A stretch of DNA of 64,000 nt, taken from NCBI GenBank assembly GCA_048499675.1, contig JASNZL010000006.1:2089-66088 (forward strand), written 5' to 3'. Positions 59,403 to 64,000 of the stretch are shown piece by piece. The position numbers and the translations under genes were made by a program. The DNA comes from Candidatus Zambryskiibacteriota bacterium (GTDB lineage Bacteria > Patescibacteriota > Minisyncoccia > Phycocordibacterales > WO2-35-19). A model generated the notes under the pieces. The model was not told the DNA's origin, searched no databases, and saw only the letters and a program-made list of their open reading frames with translations. How positions within the stretch are numbered: position 1 is the first letter of the stretch; every line of letters starts with the position of its first letter.

Positions 59403-60530
59403 CTATAACTCCCTCAAACATCTCAGGGCCACTCCAGCTGCCACAGTAAATTCTGGGCCAGTAGCTCTCAGAATCTCTTCTAGAAAAGCTGGAACTTCTA
59501 TTTTTTCAAAAGAATTTCCTGAAACAACTTCTACTTTAAAATTTTCTGAAGCCAAATCCTTGAAACCCTTTAGAGCAGAACCTCCCCCTGTTAGAAAAAC
59601 TGATTTTACATTTTGATTTGTTTTCTTTTGGTAATCAAACAAAAATCTATTTGCTTCTGAAAAAATGGTATCAGCTATAATTGAAACCGCTTCACTAAGA
59701 TCATTGCCATTTGACGTCTTGCCCATACCAACAGATCTTTTTATAACTTCCGCTTCTTCTATATCCACGTTTAAAATTCTGGCTATATTTGAGGTAATTT
59801 CTTGAGAACCTTTGTTTACTGTATGGGAAGACAAAACCAAACCTCTTTCTATTATGTACAATTTTGTTGTAGAAGCACCCATGTCAAAAATCATAACTGG
59901 ATGATTCACCCCCTCCAGAACAGCTCGCATTGTACTGAAAACCTCTATCTCAAAAAATTTTGCATCCAAGGTAGTAGACGAAACTATTTCTTTGTATTGA
60001 TTTATTATATTGTTGTGAATTGCAACCAACAAAACATCTACCATCTTTACTTGACCTTTGTCACTAATACTAGCCACACCTTCATCGTTTTCTCTTTTTG
60101 GTATAATTGACCAATCTATTGTTACATCACCTATCGGAACTGGAATATATTTACGAGCCTCTATTGATACCATAGAATTCATTTCCTTCTCCCCTATTTT
60201 TGGCATTGAAACAACCGATAGTAAACTTGCTCTAAATGGAATAGCAAGACCACATACTTTTGTCGTGATACCTACCTCTTTTTCGTTCAAAAGATCATTT
60301 AATGCCTGAGTTATTTTATCGGTATCTAAATTTGTAGATTGTCCAATAGAAACCCCTCCATAAGGACCGAGGGATAGTTCACCATATGTATCCAAAACCG
60401 CTTTTTCACCTTTTTTTTGCAGTTGCACTATCTTAATAGAAGAAGAACCTATATCGATTCCTAAAGCACTCTTATTTTCTCTTTTTAATAAATCACTAAA
60501 AAAACTCATCCCATTATTGGAAAATGGCAT
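59403..60530 (-). CDS. pilM: Type IV pilus assembly protein PilM
   Basis: GIDIGSSSIK, EARKYIP, DMGASTT, LTGGG. Confidence 0.92.
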   Translation of the reverse strand: MPFSNNGMSFFSDLLKRENKSALGIDIGSSSIKIVQLQKKGEKAVLDTYGELSLGPYGGVSIGQSTNLDTDKITQALNDLLNEKEVGITTKVCGLAIPFRASLLSVVSMPKIGEKEMNSMVSIEARKYIPVPIGDVTIDWSIIPKRENDEGVASISDKGQVKMVDVLLVAIHNNIINQYKEIVSSTTLDAKFFEIEVFSTMRAVLEGVNHPVMIFDMGASTTKLYIIERGLVLSSHTVNKGSQEITSNIARILNVDIEEAEVIKRSVGMGKTSNGNDLSEAVSIIADTIFSEANRFLFDYQKKTNQNVKSVFLTGGGSALKGFKDLASENFKVEVVSGNSFEKIEVPAFLEEILRATGPEFTVAAGVALRCLREL

Positions 60531-60722
60531 CGTCTTTTGAAAGCACCATTTTTACAGTTAAAACACATAATAATTTCTAAATTAATGAAGATATTCTTAA
60601 TCTAAAGAACAAAAACTTTCCAATGCCATTTTCTACTACAAAACACATGGAATGAAATTTGATACAAAATGAAGTAAAATTCAATACAAAAGCACTTTTT
60701 GCCTTTTGTTAATTATAACATA

Positions 60723-61391
60723 ATGAATATTTTAAAGTCAGTGTATAATTTTGTATCAAACCTAATACTCTACATATTCAATATTTTGGTGCCAGAAGAC
60801 GTAAAGATTGATAAAATCCTAAAAATTGATCCTAGTGATTTATTTTATTTATTACCAAAATCAAAAGCAAATATTAGAGATATTTTCGTCCTGTTTGACT
60901 ATCAAAACAATATAACAAAGAGTCTAGTCAAATCAATAAAATATAAGAATAATTTAAAAGCAAAAAAAATAATTTCACAATATTTGTTTGATGAAATTGT
61001 TTCTATTAGCTCCGACAAAGAATTATTTGGTGGAAGTTTGCCTATTTTATTACCGATGCCAATGAGTAAGAAGGAAAAGAAAGAGAGAGGTTTTAATCAA
61101 TGTGAGGAAATAGTAAGGGAGCTAGAAAAACTTAATAACAAAAACTTTGAGGTCAGATACGACATACTTTTTAAAACAAAAGAAACCGAAAGACAGACCA
61201 AACTAAGCAAACAAAAAAGACTAGAAAACGTTTTAAACTGTATGCAAGTTTTGGATGAGTCCAAAATAAAAGACAGGACCGTAATTGTATTTGACGATGT
61301 GTTTACGACTCTATCTACTCTAAAGGAAGCAAAGAGAGCTCTCCTAGAAGCTGGTTCAAGAAAAGTTATTGGTTTATTCATTGCCCATTAA
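60723..61391 (+). CDS. comF: ComF-family phosphoribosyltransferase-like competence protein
   Basis: IKY, PMP...RGFNQ, Q.KL...R..N, DDVFTT. Confidence 0.85.
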   Translation: MNILKSVYNFVSNLILYIFNILVPEDVKIDKILKIDPSDLFYLLPKSKANIRDIFVLFDYQNNITKSLVKSIKYKNNLKAKKIISQYLFDEIVSISSDKELFGGSLPILLPMPMSKKEKKERGFNQCEEIVRELEKLNNKNFEVRYDILFKTKETERQTKLSKQKRLENVLNCMQVLDESKIKDRTVIVFDDVFTTLSTLKEAKRALLEAGSRKVIGLFIAH

Positions 61392-61406
61392 AAAACAAGA
61401 CGCGGA

Positions 61407-61766
61407 CTAACCCACGTCTTCAATTTTTTTCACAATACTTAGGAGTTTTTTTATAGAATCTGCGGATCCTTTTTGGATAAAGAAATCCCCAAAACAAAGG
61501 TTTGAGTCAGCGGAAAACCCAATAACCTTTATCTCCGGAAATTTATCCTTGATTTCTTGGGCAAGAGGCGGACCATTAGTCCCCACTTCACCTTTATCAA
61601 AAACTGGAAAGTTGCCGTCCAAAACGACAACATCAAAACCTGTGTTCAGAGTTGTTTTGGCCTGTTTGAGATTGGAAGCAATTCTAACCTCGTGCCCCAT
61701 ACTCACAAAAATATCCTGAAAGAATCTTGCGAGCATCTTTTCATCCTCAACAATGAGTATTTTCAA
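61407..61766 (-). CDS. Stand-alone response regulator receiver
   Basis: KILIVEDE, VVLDG, IGFS, QK; AAGGAGG SD with TTG start. Confidence 0.8.
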   Translation of the reverse strand: MKILIVEDEKMLARFFQDIFVSMGHEVRIASNLKQAKTTLNTGFDVVVLDGNFPVFDKGEVGTNGPPLAQEIKDKFPEIKVIGFSADSNLCFGDFFIQKGSADSIKKLLSIVKKIEDVG

Positions 61767-61820
61767 AAAAGAACCCTCCTTAGGCTCTTTTTTGAGAATA
61801 ACACAACAAACAGTAAACTA

Positions 61821-62357
61821 CTAGCTTTTCTTAAACGGAAAGTTTAGTGCCTTGAAAAATTCGGTTGCGCTATTTTTATCTTTTAGATTTGTGACGATTG
61901 TAACAGCAAAGCCAAATACGTCTTTCAAGTCTTCATCACTTGTTTCAGGGAATACAGTGTGCTCTTTTACAGAAAGAGTGTAGTTACCCATTTCATCAAC
62001 AGCATTTATTGATATGCCTCTAAAGTCTTTTGTTCTTGGAAGAGCCACGTTTAGCAATCTATCCAAAAAGCTCCACATCTTCTCACCTCGGAGAGTAACA
62101 GCAACCCCAACTATATCTCCTTCTCTTGATTTAAATGAAGCGATTGATTTCTTTGCACCTTTTTTTGAAACTTTTTGACCAGTAATTTTTGAAAGTCTGT
62201 CCTCAACTATCTCTATTTTTTTCTTATCACCAAAAGAGCCGACTCCAGAATTAACAACCACCTTCATTATTTTTGGCGCTTGCATAACATTATTTAAATT
62301 GAGTTTTTCTTTCAAATCCTTATAAGAATCTTTAACTTTTTGTTTTGTGAGTTTCAT
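61821..62357 (-). CDS. rplE: 50S ribosomal protein L5
   Basis: KVVVNSGVG, ITGQK, VTLRG, LPRTKDFRG. Confidence 0.97.
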   Translation of the reverse strand: MKLTKQKVKDSYKDLKEKLNLNNVMQAPKIMKVVVNSGVGSFGDKKKIEIVEDRLSKITGQKVSKKGAKKSIASFKSREGDIVGVAVTLRGEKMWSFLDRLLNVALPRTKDFRGISINAVDEMGNYTLSVKEHTVFPETSDEDLKDVFGFAVTIVTNLKDKNSATEFFKALNFPFKKS

Positions 62358-62453
62358 GATATTTAAATTAACCTAATTATTCTAATTGATCTAATTGGAA
62401 ATTGTGCATTATAAATTTTTTAGAATAATTAGTGTAATTAGCATAATTAGAAA

Positions 62454-62672
62454 TTAACTGACTTTCTTTATATTCGATACATGTACCGGTGTCGCTTGTT
62501 CGACTATTCTACCTTTTTCGCCTTGTTTTCTGGGTCTTTTGTGCAATTTTTTGATATTTACCCCCTCAACCAATACCCTTTCTTCTTTTGGAAAAGCACG
62601 CACAACAGCACCGGATTTTCCTTTATCCTTTCCTGTGATTACTTTTACTTTGTCCCCTTTCTTAATATGCAT
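62454..62672 (-). CDS. rplX: 50S ribosomal protein L24 (short form)
   Basis: [26 protein letters not shown]. Confidence 0.95.
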   Translation of the reverse strand: MHIKKGDKVKVITGKDKGKSGAVVRAFPKEERVLVEGVNIKKLHKRPRKQGEKGRIVEQATPVHVSNIKKVS

Positions 62673-62798
62673 AATTTTTAATTTAGAATTTACAATTTTC
62701 ACTAAATTTTCAATGTTTTAATGTTTAAAATTTGAAAATTGATAATTTTATTATTTCTTATTCGTGTCATTCGTGTGCATTCGTATATTTGTATCTTA

Positions 62799-63176
62799 TT
62801 AAATGACTTCTGGTGCCAATGACACTATTGCCTGATGTCCAGCCTCTGCGATCTCTCTTGGAATCGGACCGAATATACGACCTGCTTTTGGTACCAATTC
62901 ACCTTTCTTTTGATCTACCACAATAACTGCATTTTCATCAAATCTAATATATGAACCATCCTTTCTTCTTAGGGGAGCTTTTTGTCTAACAACAAGTCCT
63001 AGCAATACTGCTTTTTTCTTTATATCTTTTCTTGGTTCAGCTTTTTGCACAGAAAATTTAACAAGTTCACCCACTTTTGCATATCTCTTTTTTGAACTTC
63101 CAAGCACTTTAAATACTCTGCCGATCTTTGCACCAGAATTGTCCGCTATTTTTACTATTGTTTGTGGTTGAATCAT
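62799..63176 (-). CDS. rplN: 50S ribosomal protein L14
   Basis: ADNSGAK, DGSYIRFDENA, RIFGPI, SLAPEV. Confidence 0.97.
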   Translation of the reverse strand: MIQPQTIVKIADNSGAKIGRVFKVLGSSKKRYAKVGELVKFSVQKAEPRKDIKKKAVLLGLVVRQKAPLRRKDGSYIRFDENAVIVVDQKKGELVPKAGRIFGPIPREIAEAGHQAIVSLAPEVI

Positions 63177-63249
63177 AAATTAGTATTAAAGTTTAAATAT
63201 TTGAAAGTTTATAAAGTTATTCTGTTCTTTACTTTTTACTTGCGCCTTT

Positions 63250-63513
63250 TTAACTTGCAACTATCTTAAAATGCTTATCTTTTGAAATCGGACTGCAAGA
63301 CACTATTTCCACTTTATCTCCAATCTTTTTTGTATTACCCTTATCGTCCGCTTTGTATTTTTTATTTATTTTGTAATACTTTTTGTATTTCGGATGTTTG
63401 ACAAATCGTGTCACCTCAACAACAACCGTATCCGTCATTTTATCTGAAACAACAACTCCCCTCAAAGTCTTCAAAATTTTTGTACTATTATTTTTTACTA
63501 TATCTTTTGTCAT
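63250..63513 (-). CDS. rpsQ: 30S ribosomal protein S17
   Basis: GVVVSDKM..TVVV, HPKY.K, PISK.K. Confidence 0.96.
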   Translation of the reverse strand: MTKDIVKNNSTKILKTLRGVVVSDKMTDTVVVEVTRFVKHPKYKKYYKINKKYKADDKGNTKKIGDKVEIVSCSPISKDKHFKIVAS

Positions 63514-63514
63514 T

Positions 63515-63700
63515 TTATTCTTTATTTTTCTGACTTAATGCAGTTTTTATTCTTGCAATTTCTTTTTTTAAATTTGAATATTGTTTTACATTTTTATTCT
63601 TGCTACCAGCTACACCAAATCTAAGATCACGCAAAGAAATATTTTTTTCTCCCAATTCCTTTTCCAAATCCTTTTTATCTTTTTTTAATAAATCTTTCAT
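63515..63700 (-). CDS. rpmC: 50S ribosomal protein L29
   Basis: LRF, KKEIARIKT; position between rplP and rpsQ. Confidence 0.9.
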   Translation of the reverse strand: MKDLLKKDKKDLEKELGEKNISLRDLRFGVAGSKNKNVKQYSNLKKEIARIKTALSQKNKE

Positions 63701-63718
63701 TTTTTTATTTAAATCAAA

Positions 63719-64000
63719 TTATTCTCTTGCAACAATTTTTGTTTTTACTGGCATCTTTGTTCCGCCTTTTCTAAGAGCTTCAAAGGCCACTGGTTGTGTG
63801 ATTCCATCTACCTCAAACATAACCTGACCAACCTTAACCGGAGCACAATATCCTTCCAAATCACCCTTTCCTTTACCCATCTTTACCTCTGCAGGTTTTT
63901 TTGTAAAAGGCATATCAGGAAAAATTCTAATCCAAACTCTGCCAGTTTTACCTACCGCTTTGTTAATTGCTTTTCTGGCTGCTTCAATTTGATTTGAGGT
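63719..64000 (-). CDS. rplP: 50S ribosomal protein L16, 3' part (5' end outside window)
   Basis: QIEAAR, WIRIFPD, KMGKGKG, K.PVKT. Confidence 0.96.
   Translation of the reverse strand, partial: TSNQIEAARKAINKAVGKTGRVWIRIFPDMPFTKKPAEVKMGKGKGDLEGYCAPVKVGQVMFEVDGITQPVAFEALRKGGTKMPVKTKIVARE

Noticed and set aside
47871-61391. Type IV pilus/competence locus as a novel system
   Set aside because: Standard gene set for Patescibacteria

Overview
AT-rich bacterial chromosome segment with the hallmarks of a Patescibacteria/CPR (Parcubacteria-like) genome. It has mostly leaderless core genes, a large type IV pilus/competence locus (47.9-61.4 kb), secE-nusG-rplK without rplA, the start of the spc operon (rplP-rplE), gatCA, ligA, a thyA/folA/dCMP-deaminase cluster and a lexA-Y-family polymerase cassette with a GAAC-N4-GTTC box. 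There are five tRNAs; tRNA-Asp and tRNA-fMet carry group I introns, and two tRNAs have LAGLIDADG-type genes directly upstream. Mobile elements are two copies of an IS481-family element and one IS30. Three observations stand out. (1) A family of ~120-250 bp non-coding elements sits behind four tRNAs and behind rplK, each made of an antisense copy of its own target's 3' segment, a shared hairpin core and a displaced duplicate of the target 3' end, like a target-programmed mini integrative element. (2) Both IS481 copies lie exactly 5 bp upstream of a sigma70 -35 box and use the TGA in TTGAC as the transposase stop codon. (3) A low-GC five-gene island next to tRNA-Asp (methyltransferase, AlaRS-like, GT4, MccF-like S66 peptidase, AsnRS-like) resembles an aminoacyl-nucleotide antibiotic cluster. 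Clustered frameshifts (gatA, ATP-grasp gene, TrmB, LAGLIDADG, IS copy 2) are probably long-read sequencing errors. All calls are by eye; no searches were run.
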